This document shows, piece by piece, positions 1 to 11,527 of a stretch of 64,000 nt of DNA (positions are counted from its first letter, which is position 1; each line of letters begins with the position of its first letter). The notes under the pieces were generated by a model that did no database searches, was not told where the DNA came from, and saw only the letters and a program-made list of their open reading frames with translations. The stretch comes from Utricularia gibba (Eukaryota > Plantae > Magnoliophyta). The position numbers and the translations under genes are program-made. Location of the stretch: NCBI GenBank assembly GCA_002189035.1, contig NEEC01000015.1, positions 1,116,001 through 1,180,000 of the forward strand. The letters run 5' to 3'.

Positions 1-18
1 ATCTGACTTATGATGCAG

Positions 19-1920
19 GAATCAAAGTTTACAACACTGAAGAAAAGGAACTGATCATGGAACTGGGCTTGAAGTGGGCAGCCAATCCTAATATCTTAGT
101 TGCTGCCAAGGCATTCGGCCTAAAAGCCACCGTTCAGGTACTCACTGTCCCAGATTCTTGTCGAAGTCAGAAACCACTTTTCGTCCTTTTCCTTTGCTCC
201 TTCGTTGAATACCTAGCACTGAACTGATGCATGGTTTCGAGTACTTTTTTCAGGTGGTTGATTTGCAAGTGTTTGCTTCTCCACGTATCACGCTAAAGCC
301 TCTAGTCTCTAGCTTCCCCTGTTTCGCCAATATCCATGTATCTCTTATGCAAAGGGTGAGTGAACGTTCTGTATATCTTTTCTGAAAACCAAAATCCCAT
401 ATCGAAATCTATTATACATCATTTATCTTGGGAATGGCTTTCTTCATTTCATCTTCTCTCATGTAGCCCCATGTGGACTTCGGTGTTAAGCTGCTAGGTG
501 CTGATGCGATGTCAGTTCCTGGGGTTTACAGATTTGTGCAGGTGATTCTAAATAGCCGTTGCACATTCTCGATAATGAAATCTATAGCTTCAATCGTTAT
601 TTTGCATTGTCTGTTCACCAGGAAACCATAAAAGATCAGGTTGCAAACATGTATCTATGGCCAAAAAGACTTGAAGTTCAAGTACTGGATCCATCACAGT
701 AAGTTCTTTACAGAGCTTTCTTTACTCGATGAAGAAAGCATGTGTTGCGTTTCTGATCAAGTTTTTGGGTTATCTTTGGCTCAGGGCGATGAAGAAACCA
801 GTCGGGCTTCTGAATGTCACTGTTGTTAGAGCGACAAAGCTCAAGAAGAAGGATCTTCTGGGAGCATCAGATCCTTATGTGAAGCTGAAGATGAGCGACG
901 ACAAACTCCCGGCCAAGAAAACAAGCATTAAACATAAGAACCTGAATCCGGAATGGAATGAGGAGTTCACCTTCGTCGTCAAGGACCCTGAAACGCAGCT
1001 CCTTGAGTTCTCTGTGTATGACTGGGAGCAGGTTCGTTTTCCACTGATTGATTGCTTCCTTCTTACATTAGAGATGCTGATGCTTTTGTTCCGTTGTTCA
1101 GGTCGGAAACCATGACAAGATGGGATTGAATGTTGTTCCACTCAAGGACTTGACTCCTGAGGAACCAAAAGTCCTCACGCTCGATCTTCTCAAGAACCTG
1201 AATCCAGACGACGTACAAAATGAGAAATCAAGAGGCCAACTTGTACTCGAAGTTAACTACAAACCTTTCAAGGGCGACGAGGTGCCTAGCAACGTGGAAG
1301 ATTCAAATGTTGTCCAAAAAGCTCCAGAAGGAACGCCGGAGGGCGGTGGTTTGCTTGTGATCACTGTCCATGAAGCTCAAGATTTGGAAGGCAAACACCA
1401 TACCAATCCATCTGTGCGGCTACTCTTCCGTGGCGAGGAACGGAAAACAAAGGTGTGGGATTCGTAGATATAACATCATTTCTTGCTCCATGTTTCAGGT
1501 AATGATACATGGCTTCCTGAAATGCAGGTAGTGAAAAAGAACAGGGATCCCAGATGGGAAGAGGAGTTCCAGTTCATGCTCGAGGAACCACCCATAAATG
1601 ACAGAGTCCATGTGGACGTAGTCAGTACTTCCAAGCGAATGGGCTTGCTACACCCCAAGGTACCTACCCAAGTTACACTCACTCGTTTCCTCTGCACAAG
1701 AACACAGTTCCAATGTCAATATCCATCTGCATACCTTGATTCGGGATGGCTGTTTTGCCATTGGCTTGATTGGTGTATTTTGTTATAGGAAACTCTGGGG
1801 TATGTGGATATCTATCTATCAGATGTGGTGACCAACAAACGCATAAACGAGAGGTACCATTTGATCGACTCGAAGAACGGCCGTATTCAGATTGAGATGG
1901 AATGGAGAACCGCATCTTGA
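19..1920 (+). CDS. SYT: Synaptotagmin (SYT1/SYT2-like, SMP + two C2 domains); 5' part lies upstream of the window
   Basis: Manually spliced exons 19-137, 254-355, 467-541, 622-698, 785-1031, 1102-1452, 1528-1659, 1789-1920, all with GT-AG borders and continuous frame. Translation includes SMP-type ELIMELGLKWAANPNI, C2A KKDLLGASDPYVKL...NPEWNEEF, C2B HEAQDLEGKHHTNP...DPRWEEEF, and ends QIEMEWRTAS*. Confidence 0.93.
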
Positions 1921-2426
1921 ACAAGCAACTCTGAACTCTCCCTCTCTTTTTCCCTCTTTAATCTGCAGTTGAAACATAGCAATTGTCATGAAATACCTTT
2001 AAGTATCAGCATCCACCAGTGTAGTTCGCTCCATTTTCCTTCTTGCAGTTTCTGTGTCGACTTAACCAGGCCCTTTGGTACTGGCCCCTGTTTCAACGCT
2101 GGCCAGGTTTGAATTTTAGAACAAACAAATCCCTGTAATGGCTGAGTTCTCCGCACTTTGCAAGCATATTCATTGGTGTCACTGATGAGAATCTTGACGA
2201 TCAATGATATTAGGGTAGAGCTTAAACAAAGCATTTATCTTGGATCACAGGAACTGGGATTTGATAAGCAAGCAGAAGATTGCGCATTTTTCTTTACATA
2301 TTGTGTTTTGATGGGGAAAAAAGAAGTGAAGCACGGTCTGAAGTTCATGCAACGAATTCGATCTCACAACCGATTCTGTTTTCCACAATTGGAGTTCAAA
2401 TCCACGGAATTCCAGTATGGGATGAT

Positions 2427-2738
2427 TCAGTGACGTCGCTGAGGGAGATGGAATTGGACCTGAGAAGCCGACGAATTGACGGCCACGCCGTGCCAGCAGA
2501 TTCCACCGCGGCAAATCTCGTAGCCTTGATCCCGAGGTGAGATTGCTCTCGTTGCCTTGCGTGAGAGATCCCAGCTGATGCTGGCTATCAATATCACAGC
2601 CACCACCGCCGTAGACAGAAAGAGCACGCAGGCACCGCTGAAGCTCCTCCCCACCGCCAGACCGTACGCCTTAGTGGCGGCAATAACCACCAAGTAAAGC
2701 GTTATCAAATTCCCCACCACCGTATCGGAAATCGCCAT
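2427..2738 (-). CDS. Small intronless protein (103 aa) with two hydrophobic segments and a C-terminal CRGGICWHGVAV motif; conserved uncharacterised plant membrane protein
   Basis: Single ORF MAISDTVVGNLITLYLVVIAATKAYG...SWDLSRKAT...EICRGGICWHGVAV in a GC-elevated island. The motif pattern matches my recollection of a conserved plant family of unknown function. Confidence 0.75.
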   Translation of the reverse strand: MAISDTVVGNLITLYLVVIAATKAYGLAVGRSFSGACVLFLSTAVVAVILIASISWDLSRKATRAISPRDQGYEICRGGICWHGVAVNSSASQVQFHLPQRRH

Positions 2739-3711
2739 CGGAAAATGAAATTTCTAGGGCTTGGGGAAACCGACAAGTTCTATGAATGTACATCATGAAC
2801 CGTGTCACATCCTTGTGAACTGTTACACCCTATCAGGAACTAACACGTGGCACACAGCAGTTTCGATCTTCAGCGTTGGAACTAAGATTCAAGTATGTGA
2901 AGTAGTGTTATTTGCTTCTTTTGGCGTTGTGGGTATGCTTTGTTCTTCCTGATACACGTGCGCAAGAACGATTTGTGGTTGGATTTACAGAAACTTCGTG
3001 GGATTTGTAGGTTTCTGATGGTGATGATATGCGCATTATTGTTGATATAGATCGGTGTAATGGTTTTAACTTTTCTGATGCAGAGTTTGAATAGCATGAA
3101 GGCTTCAATCATTGGTTCGTATTGCATTTGTTCCTGGATACACGAGCTCAGACTTGGATTCGGAGTAGCAGCAGTAGTAAAACGCCATGTGGTAAGTATC
3201 TTGTGATTCTTTACTTGCAACAAATCTACTATCCTTAGACATTGCCATCGCAGATTCGAAGGACTTCATTAGGTGAATCAATAGTTCATTGAAGAACGCC
3301 CTCAGCATCAAACCTGGTGGGACAGTCAGTCAAGGAGAAGATGATCGAAGAAGCTGAGAATGAAGACATTCAGTAATCTTATTATAGCAGATCAGATGAT
3401 GGCACTCTTGTGCCTCTCCTGGGATTTGACATGAATTCTATGTGGATATGTTCATTAACCTGCTGGGGTTTATGTTTATGTTTGCGTTTGACTGTAGCAG
3501 TTGCCAGAGAAAAGCAACTGATTCTTCTAATGCCAATTGTAATTGGAGGAATGCTGAATGCTGGAAGCTACTATTTTAATCCTTGTCTTAATTCCTTCAC
3601 TTTTATTGTTCTGAGATTCACATCACACATTATCACATCGCACAACACTTTTTGAAATGGCACAGTATCGAACAAGTTTCAGGTAATGAGGGTGAAAATC
3701 CAGCCTCACTT

Positions 3712-5084
3712 TCAGGCTGCAACTTCTTCAATGCCTTTGCAGGGGTTGATATCAAAGTTCGCCGGTTTCTCCTTGTCTTCTTGTTGCTGGAGTTTGTTTT
3801 CCTTGGCCAATTTCCTAAGTCTTGCAAGCTCCAGATCTGTGCTCATTTTCCTTCTGTACATCTCAGTGTAGCTCATCGCCTCATCCATTATCGATTTTTC
3901 CCCTTTTCTGATCCTCAGAGGGTAGACAATGGCCTCTGGTGCCGGATTCTGGAAAGTCGCAATCGACAGCCTGCTGCAGTTGGAGTTCACCACTGCCTGA
4001 TGGTCCGCATTCTTGAATCTCCCATTGCTCAGATACTGCTTACAATAGAATCAGTGATGAAGCTAGAGTAACATGCTTATGCATCAAGTCTGCATAAAAC
4101 AGAGCTTGCCTATGGCTATGGCCGTGCTACTACTACAGAGTTGTTTCTTGCACAGTGAAAAAATAGCGTATAAGTTGCAATAAACGCTGCAAAACTTACA
4201 TGGCCGTGGTCACCAAGGTTGACGACAAGAGCTCCTTCAATGGGCTGGACGGTGATCCAGTTCCGGCCACCGTCCTTGGTGGCCTGCAGGCCGCCCACCT
4301 GATCTTGAAGAAGAAGTGTGATGGTTCCAGGATCGGTGTGTCTCTTCAGGCCAAGGGTGAGGTTCGGCTGAGGGCATTTTGGATAGTAGTTTACCACCAC
4401 TTTCTGGTCCATCTCCACGCAGGCCTTCGATATGGCGTCCCGAGGCAGATCCATTGCCTCGGCCAAAACCTCAAGCAATTTGGCTCCCAGTTCCATAACA
4501 GCGTCACTGTAAGCCTTCGCCGCCTCCCGCCAGCCGGCCGGATGCTCAGGCCACAGTGAATAGTCCCGAGAGTGGATCGGATAGGTGAAGAAGGTAAAGA
4601 TCTCTCGCCAGTTCTCAACTGCCTCACCCTTCAAAATTTCCGATTCATCAGAACATGTGCAAAACACAGTCAAATCTGCGCAGTAACAGGAACGCATATT
4701 TACCTTGAGATGGCTGGAGACGATGAAACCACCCTTCTTGCCGCTAGACATGTCGAATCGGAGCTTCTCCTCGACCGGCAAATCAAAAAACTCCTGCGCC
4801 AAGCGAGTCATCTCTCGCATCACCTTCAAATCAACCCCATGATCAACCACTTGGAAGATACCCCACTCCTCACACGCAGCCGCTACTTTCCGGGACACCT
4901 CGCTCCTACGATTCCCAGTAGTTTCGTCGATTCCGGCCAGCGATATCACCGGAATCTGGTCGCTGAACTCGTCGTAAGCCACTTTAGGCCTCTCCTCCTC
5001 ATCTCTGGTGAAGCTTGGGTCGATGAGACCGGAATCCCTGCGCGAAATCACAGCGAGCAGAGCAGCTGTTCCTGCGGAAGCCAT
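3712..5084 (-). CDS. F3H: Flavanone 3-hydroxylase (2-oxoglutarate/Fe(II) dioxygenase), 377 aa
   Basis: Exons 5084-4704, 4628-4200, 4035-3712 (381+429+324 nt). Contains [22 protein letters not shown], Fe-binding HTD...H (KRHTDPG; NADHQAVV), the RLS 2-OG motif and [15 protein letters not shown]. The three-exon layout is typical of F3H. Confidence 0.93.
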
Positions 5085-5397
5085 GGCTAGCCTTATTCCG
5101 GACACGGCATGGCCGCATTGGTAGGACACGCATATATACACCCTCGCCGCGTCCGACCTTCATCCTACTCACCTTTCAAATTTCTCTCTTCCTCTCGTGG
5201 CAGCTGTACTGCATCGCATCCCCCGACACGAGCTGTAATGCTGCATTCCTATTTTTCGTTTATTTTTAAATTTTTTAAATGTTACATTATCTTTTCTTTT
5301 TTCATTCAAATTAATATTACACAAGACGTTTACGAGAAGAAGAAGAAAAAAAACAAAACGAAGCTTGATTAAAATATTATTATTTTTGAAAAAACCA

Positions 5398-5437
5398 TAT
5401 TATTATTATTATTGTTACTGTTATTACTATATTATTA

Positions 5438-5480
<43 letters not shown>
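5398..5480. repeat. (TAT)n microsatellite, imperfect at the left end
   Basis: Direct reading: long TAT/ATT run upstream of F3H. Confidence 0.95.
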
Positions 5481-5717
5481 TGATGGGAGGTTGACTGTGG
5501 GAAGTAGGGGACGTGCGTGCAACCCAGCCGGGGTTGGGGTTGAGGGCTGACCCGTCTGCACTCACCTGAACAAACCTTCCCTAACGGGAACAACCGACGC
5601 TGCTTTCCAAACCCGACCCGACCAACGGTTTCACCCACCGCCCACAGAAACCGTTCAGTATAATCAGACGTTTCCGTTGGTCAAAAGTCAATATTATTTT
5701 TAAAATTATTTTTAAAA

Positions 5718-6630
5718 TTATTTTTTGAGAGATAAATAATCTTGTCTGGCAGACTTGCAATAAGGGTGATGACGATTTTGCTCAGGATTGGAAATGCTGC
5801 CCAGCTTTTCGTTTGAGAGTCTTGAGATCCCTTTTCTTTTTTGCTCTGATTCCTGTTGGATCGTGGCATGGCCAGCTGCCCACCTTTCCTTTGAGGCTTC
5901 CAATTCTTGAATTCTGCCCTTGAGTAGAGATATCTCTTCATTTGCCTGTTTGAATTCACGATCTTTCTTCTTCATTCAAGAAAAAACATAATTCAGTTAT
6001 TTAACACAAACAACATACTGGTGTAGCAAAATGTCGTCCAAGTCACCATCTGCACACTCTACAATTCAAAATGAAGATGCTTTGGTGAAAAGGAAATGAA
6101 GCTGAACGCACAACTGCATTTGCAGTCAGCTGTTATTGAGTATTACTCGTATACCCACAACTGTTTTCAAAGAGTCCTCCGGCCCTCTGTAAAATCACGA
6201 CACACCATGACATGCATCTTCCCATCTACCAACAGAATGAACAAATGCCGCTTCTATAGCTGAGACTTTGGTGCACGATGTCATTGATAAATTCTGCCAA
6301 TCCAAGGTAAAAAAATACATGAAAACGCTTTACCATGAACAGAGACGCTTTTACCTCTTTTACAGCGAGCAATAACTCATTTTTCGATGCTACAACTTTC
6401 TTTTCCATTTTCATCTGCCAAAGAAAGTTAAAAACCCCCATTCCCGAAAAAACATCAGAACTTAACGCGAAAAGGGTTTACCTTACAAACCACTCCGTTC
6501 AAATATTTAATCTTATCTTCAAGCATTTTCCTCCCTTTATCCAGATCCTTCGTGCTGCCAATGCATTGAAAATCTTCCCACAATACTTCTCCCGATCGCC
6601 TGATCCGCCGGTGGGCTTTCGTGTAACCAT
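5718..6630 (-). pseudogene. Probable decayed coiled-coil protein gene (frameshifted, internally deleted)
   Basis: ATG at 6630 just after an acceptor (tctag|GAGATG) gives MVTRKPTGGSGDREKYCGKIFNAL. A second frame continues DLDKGRKMLEDKIKYL to a GT donor. Further exon-like pieces read NLSMTSCTKVSAIEAAF, DGDLDDILLH and KDREFKQANEEISLLKGRIQELE. I could not join them into one intact frame. Confidence 0.4.
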
Positions 6631-6796
6631 CTCCTAGATCCAAAAAAATTGACTTCCAAAATAACAATAATGATCCACGCAAATTATTCAGTAGAAATCT
6701 TACAGAAACACTCGTGAAGAAGACGAAGAAAGGGCACAAGAACTGCAGGGGAGACAGAGAACAAGAACGTGAACGTTATACATTGGGACCCACCGG

Positions 6797-6864
6797 TGGG
6801 CTTCGCCTTTTCCGTACAGAATACATGGGCTTTTAAATTGAGACTAATGTCACACTATTGGGCC
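6797..6864. promoter_or_regulatory. Cluster of three site II (TGGGCY, TCP-type) elements
   Basis: TGGGCT at 6797-6802 and 6826-6831, TGGGCC at 6859-6864, immediately upstream of a CT-rich leader on the minus strand. Confidence 0.5.
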
Positions 6865-7529
6865 GCTAGACGCCGGATCAAATACTAAATCATTTATCTT
6901 ATTTTAAAAAATAAATTTATTCTTATTTTTAAGTATACTTATAACATTTATCTTATTAAATATTTTCTTAAAAATATTTTTTAAAAAAGAAAAATCAAAT
7001 AGAGTCTAAATTTATCATAAATTAATTTGAGATTGTTTTCATTTCTTTTTTAACCCAAAATTCCTTTGAGTCTCATAAAATAAATAAATTACTATATTAT
7101 TATTATTGTTTATTTCTCATTATAAATATAATAAAACTTGATTATTAGGTATTTCTTTGATTTTTCTTCTTCAAAATGACTTTTTGAGAAATATTTCAAT
7201 AAAATAAAATTTTATGATATATTTGAAACAGTTTTTTTTCTGAAAAAAATACTTTAAATACATAAACAAACTTCTATTTAAAAAAAGTATAAATCTAAAA
7301 TTGCTATAAATAGCTATAAGTACATGTGGACCGACTTTATTTCTAGTTTTAAAAAGAGCACAAATAAAGGTAAAAATGTGAAATTGATTAAACGAATGTG
7401 GAAGTGACACGTGTACAGAGTTTATTTCTTTTATTTTATTCACAACATTTCTAGTTTCCCAAAATAGCTATAAATACACGTTGAAGTTGAAAACTTTCCA
7501 CGGTACAACTTGATTTCAACTTTGTCTCG

Positions 7530-8090
7530 ATGCCTTTCCTCGGATCACGTCGGCTCGGCGACGGCGGCCTACTGTCTCCGTCTCCATTACGGTCGCCGCC
7601 GCCGCCCCTAGAAAACGTCGATTACGACTTCGCTTTAATCCTCGCCTCTCTTCTCTGTGTCGTGATCGGCGTGCTCGGGCTGGTGGCGTTCGCCAGGAGC
7701 TCGTGGATCCGCAGCATCGCCGGCGCCAGTTCGGAGCCAGCTTCGAGCTCATCGTCAAATCGAGGGCTAAAGAAAAAGGTACTCGAAGCGCTGCCGAAGA
7801 ACACCTTCGGCGACGACAAAGAGCAAGCGGAGAAGCTGTCGGAGTGCGCGATTTGCTTGTCGGAGTTCACCGCCGGCGATCAGATCCGTGTGTTGCCGCT
7901 ATGCGGTCATGGTTTTCACGTGGTGTGCGTCGACACGTGGCTCGGAGTTCACTCGTCCTGTCCCTCCTGCAGACGGAACCCGGTGCCGGCGGCGTATCAC
8001 AAATGCGTACAGTTACCCCCTGTCGCCTGTCCCGGCGGCGCCTCAACGCCGCCGGAAAGAACTCATAATTTTGAAACGTTTTTACCGTGA
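7530..8090 (+). CDS. ATL-family RING-H2 E3 ubiquitin ligase (ATL8/ATL80-like)
   Basis: Intronless 186 aa ORF with an N-terminal TM helix (ALILASLLCVVIGVLGLVAF), GLD motif (GLKKKVLEALP) and RING-H2 CAICLSEF...RVLPLCGHGFHVVCVDTWL...CPSCR. Confidence 0.95.
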   Translation: MPFLGSRRLGDGGLLSPSPLRSPPPPLENVDYDFALILASLLCVVIGVLGLVAFARSSWIRSIAGASSEPASSSSSNRGLKKKVLEALPKNTFGDDKEQAEKLSECAICLSEFTAGDQIRVLPLCGHGFHVVCVDTWLGVHSSCPSCRRNPVPAAYHKCVQLPPVACPGGASTPPERTHNFETFLP

Positions 8091-9644
8091 ACTAAGATAA
8101 AATCTGGAGTAAAATTTTACTTCATCCCCCATTCCTTGAAACCCTGTGTAATATATTAATTTGTATATGAAGTTAATGAATTTATTTCATAATAAATAAT
8201 AACCAATTTTTTTATTTTCATAAAAAAACGATTCTAGACAACATAATTATGTAATTTCAAATATACCCACAGTTTGCTTTACTAATTTCACCAATGAGTT
8301 GTGTGTAATTGGGAAAATTAACCTATCAAGTGGCTCTATGCATCATCTCTAGTTGGCCTAGAGATATTTGTACAATGTGGAGGATATTTAATGACGAATC
8401 CAAATATCTTCCCAAGTGATTTATTAGGGTTGACTTTAAGCTTAATCACCCTTCGCTTTTTTTTAAAAAAACATTTTTTTCATCAAATGAAACAATTTAT
8501 GTTTTAAAAAATAGATCATTTTTAAGACAATATTTTATTAAAATTTTTTATCAAAAATCCTTCTTACAAGGATAACACAAGGTTGATGGGAGATTTGGGT
8601 AAAGTGCAGCCGGTCGGGAAATTTAAGTTTGTCTTAAAGAGTTTAGGTGAAAATGTGGTACCATAATTGATGATGCCCATTGGTAGCAATAAACCCAGCC
8701 GCCTTCTTCACTTATGTCAAGCCCAGCTCACACACACACAGTTTCAATATTTTTTTTAATTAAAAACAATTTAAATTTTTACATATTCAAGATATCATTG
8801 GTGGGTATTAGACATGGTATTATAAATTTTTACCTTATTTTATAAAATATAAAGTCACAGTGATCATTTTTTTAATTGATCACGTTTATTATTATGTCTT
8901 TTTAACACACAGTAACATTTCTTGTTGTATCAATTATGAACATAGATTGTACATAATGAGATCAACTACGTGTCTGCTCACGTAATTAGCGTCGGAGGAG
9001 GACAGAGGTTTTAATGCAATTAACTAAGTAATAATTATTACATGGAATAATTGTATTTTTATAATATTTGGTAATAATAATCCTTTATCTACCAACTTCA
9101 ATGGCCTGTAAATACTAGCCATGACATGTAACGCTCCCCCTACCCAATTTAAAGATATTTTCAATGAAATACCACATATAATTAATATCTTTATATTATT
9201 TATTCTTAGTTTAAACAATTTAATGGATGTCTCTTTTTTTGCTTTTATTACCAGACATTAATATATTTTTTATTGTTTAGAAGTCATTATTACAATCAAA
9301 TGTGCTTTTATTTTTTTTTGCTTCTGTTTAGTCATTTTTTTTTAAAAAAAACGACTATACGAAAAATATTATAAAAAAGGTGAAGAAAATCGAGGAAATA
9401 TACGAAAAAATAGAGTAATTATGAAAAATGACCATCCTGATTTCATATTTGATATATTATGATGAAAATTTGATTATTTTTATAATATAAATTTCAATTT
9501 ATTTTTGTTAATTTTTTAACTGATCCCAAAAACGTAATGTGGGTTATCGGGAGTGGAATGTGCTCAAGTATTACTTGTGGAGATGTACTTCGGATTCATC
9601 GGAGAGCATAGAAGCCCTCGATTTATCCGCAATTTTTTGCAGAG

Positions 9645-11194
9645 ATGGCTGCGCTGTCGAACTCCTTGATACCCAAGCACCCAGATCTTCATTTTTCGTA
9701 TGGTGAGTGAGTGTTATTGTGGTTCGTTTGCTACATTATGTATCCATGGTACAGATTTGTTTCTTTTTTGAGTTCTTTTCCTGGAGCTCTGCTTGAGCAC
9801 TTTTAACGGCTTGCAACGGAAAAATATGTTATGGGGATAGGGAGGGGGAATGTTTGGTGTGGGTATTATTGCATGGTGATTGTCTGATGAATTGACAGAT
9901 TGGTGCAATTTCGCTGCCAATTTGATTTCATTTGATGGGTCGTTGCGAACAATATATATGGGTTTTGATTGATCTTGATCTGATCTCCTCAATGAAGATT
10001 GGGCTATTTTCATAACTGGATTTTGAGTGTGTTGTGCTCTAATTAGTTGAGTGGCTTTCGAGAATGAGGAAAAATTTGAATTTGGTTTTCTCCTAGTTTG
10101 GGGAGAAGCTGTAGTTCACAGAATATTCTTTAAGTCGAACCCGCATGCTTATTACCTGTGATGGCATGCTTCTGCTTGTTGATGAGATGTTCATTGACAA
10201 ATCATGTTCTCATCACATAATTAGACATTCGCCAAGGGATTTCCAGTTTTTCATTTGGTTCCAAGGTTTCAAACAAGCCACTATCCAAGAGAACACAACT
10301 CGTCATTCAAGCAAGTTATAGGTACCGTGGCATCTGGTTGGCTGTTGTAGTTAGATGGAAGCCCTGAACAAGTTTTTCCTCTCTCACTCTAGCAAATTGA
10401 GAGCGACCCTGAATATCATGATTTGTTTATGATTTCTGACATAGTGATGATGGAAGATCAAACAGCGGCAGTGCCTTTGTTGGTGGCTTCATTATCGGGG
10501 GACTAGTCATCGGCTCACTTGGTTGCATCTTTGCACCTCAGGTGTATAATGCCTTGCTTGCCATGGAATTCATTTTGATTCTGTTGTATACTCTCTCTTG
10601 GTTAGACTTTCTTTTCCCGTTGTCTCACATTGAAAAAATCAGCTATTACTATTTTGATCTATCCTTCTACAACCTGTTTACAATGGTGCACGGAATCGCA
10701 CCTTGAACCTGGGGTACAAATAGTAGTTCTTTATGTTGAAACATTGGACTCCCTTTTCATAGTACCTGTGCTCGCTTCACAGATAAGCAGAGCTTTAGCT
10801 GGAACTGACAGAAAGGATTTGATGAAAAAGCTGCCCAAATTCATCTACGATGAAGAAAAAGTCCTCGAGGTTAGTGTCTTTCCATCTTTCACAAGTCATC
10901 TGGGCGTAGGTTGTAACTCACTCTCTTAACATGATGTTCTAATCGTTTTTTGTATGGTCATTGAGAAATGCGAAAGCTTGACTATGGTTTACATGAAGAG
11001 AATCATTGATGGCTTTTATTTTTCAGCTGAATGTATAACCAGTGCCCTCTCCTTTGCAGAAACAGCGCAGGAAACTGGCAGAGAAGATCGAACAACTCAA
11101 CTTAGCTATCGATAATGTGTCAACCCAGCTGCGTAGCGAAGAACCCCAAAACGGATCACCAACAGGACCTGAAGACATTCAAGCGCTCATATGA
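9645..11194 (+). CDS. Small putative plastid membrane protein (At5g16660/At3g02900-like)
   Basis: Five spliced exons give [19 protein letters not shown]|DIRQG...LVIQASY|[33 protein letters not shown]|[29 protein letters not shown]|[21 protein letters not shown]...*: a transit-peptide-like start, a Gly-rich TM segment and a coiled coil. Confidence 0.8.
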
Positions 11195-11527
11195 TCTCCT
11201 GTCTGTCCTCATCTAATGCAACTCTTCTAGTCTTGGACTTGTGCTCATCTGCTTTTCAGTCCTTGGACCTTTTCTCCAGATTTCCTTCCCCACTAAAGTT
11301 GACAACGGGAGCGTTTGAGTTGCTCTCATGACTGAGACTCGAATTTGTGGAGAGTGATTTCACAATGGCTTCACATCACTTCAATTGTCTTAAATATATC
11401 ACTAGGAACTGAAAATCAGTCTACCACAAGAAAATACAGACGAGAAAACACCAAAACGGATATTGGGCCGCTACTTTTGCTTCCATACACTCAGCTTCAG
11501 CATAACTGATGCCAGGCATCTTCCCAC

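Noticed and set aside
2188-2208. AGAATCTTGACGAT... resembling the 5' end of miR172
   Set aside because: The match collapses after about 14 nt and I see no complementary arm for a hairpin.
4200-5090. Plus-strand ORFs of 119 and 172 aa
   Set aside because: Antisense shadows of the GC-rich F3H exons; no recognisable motifs.
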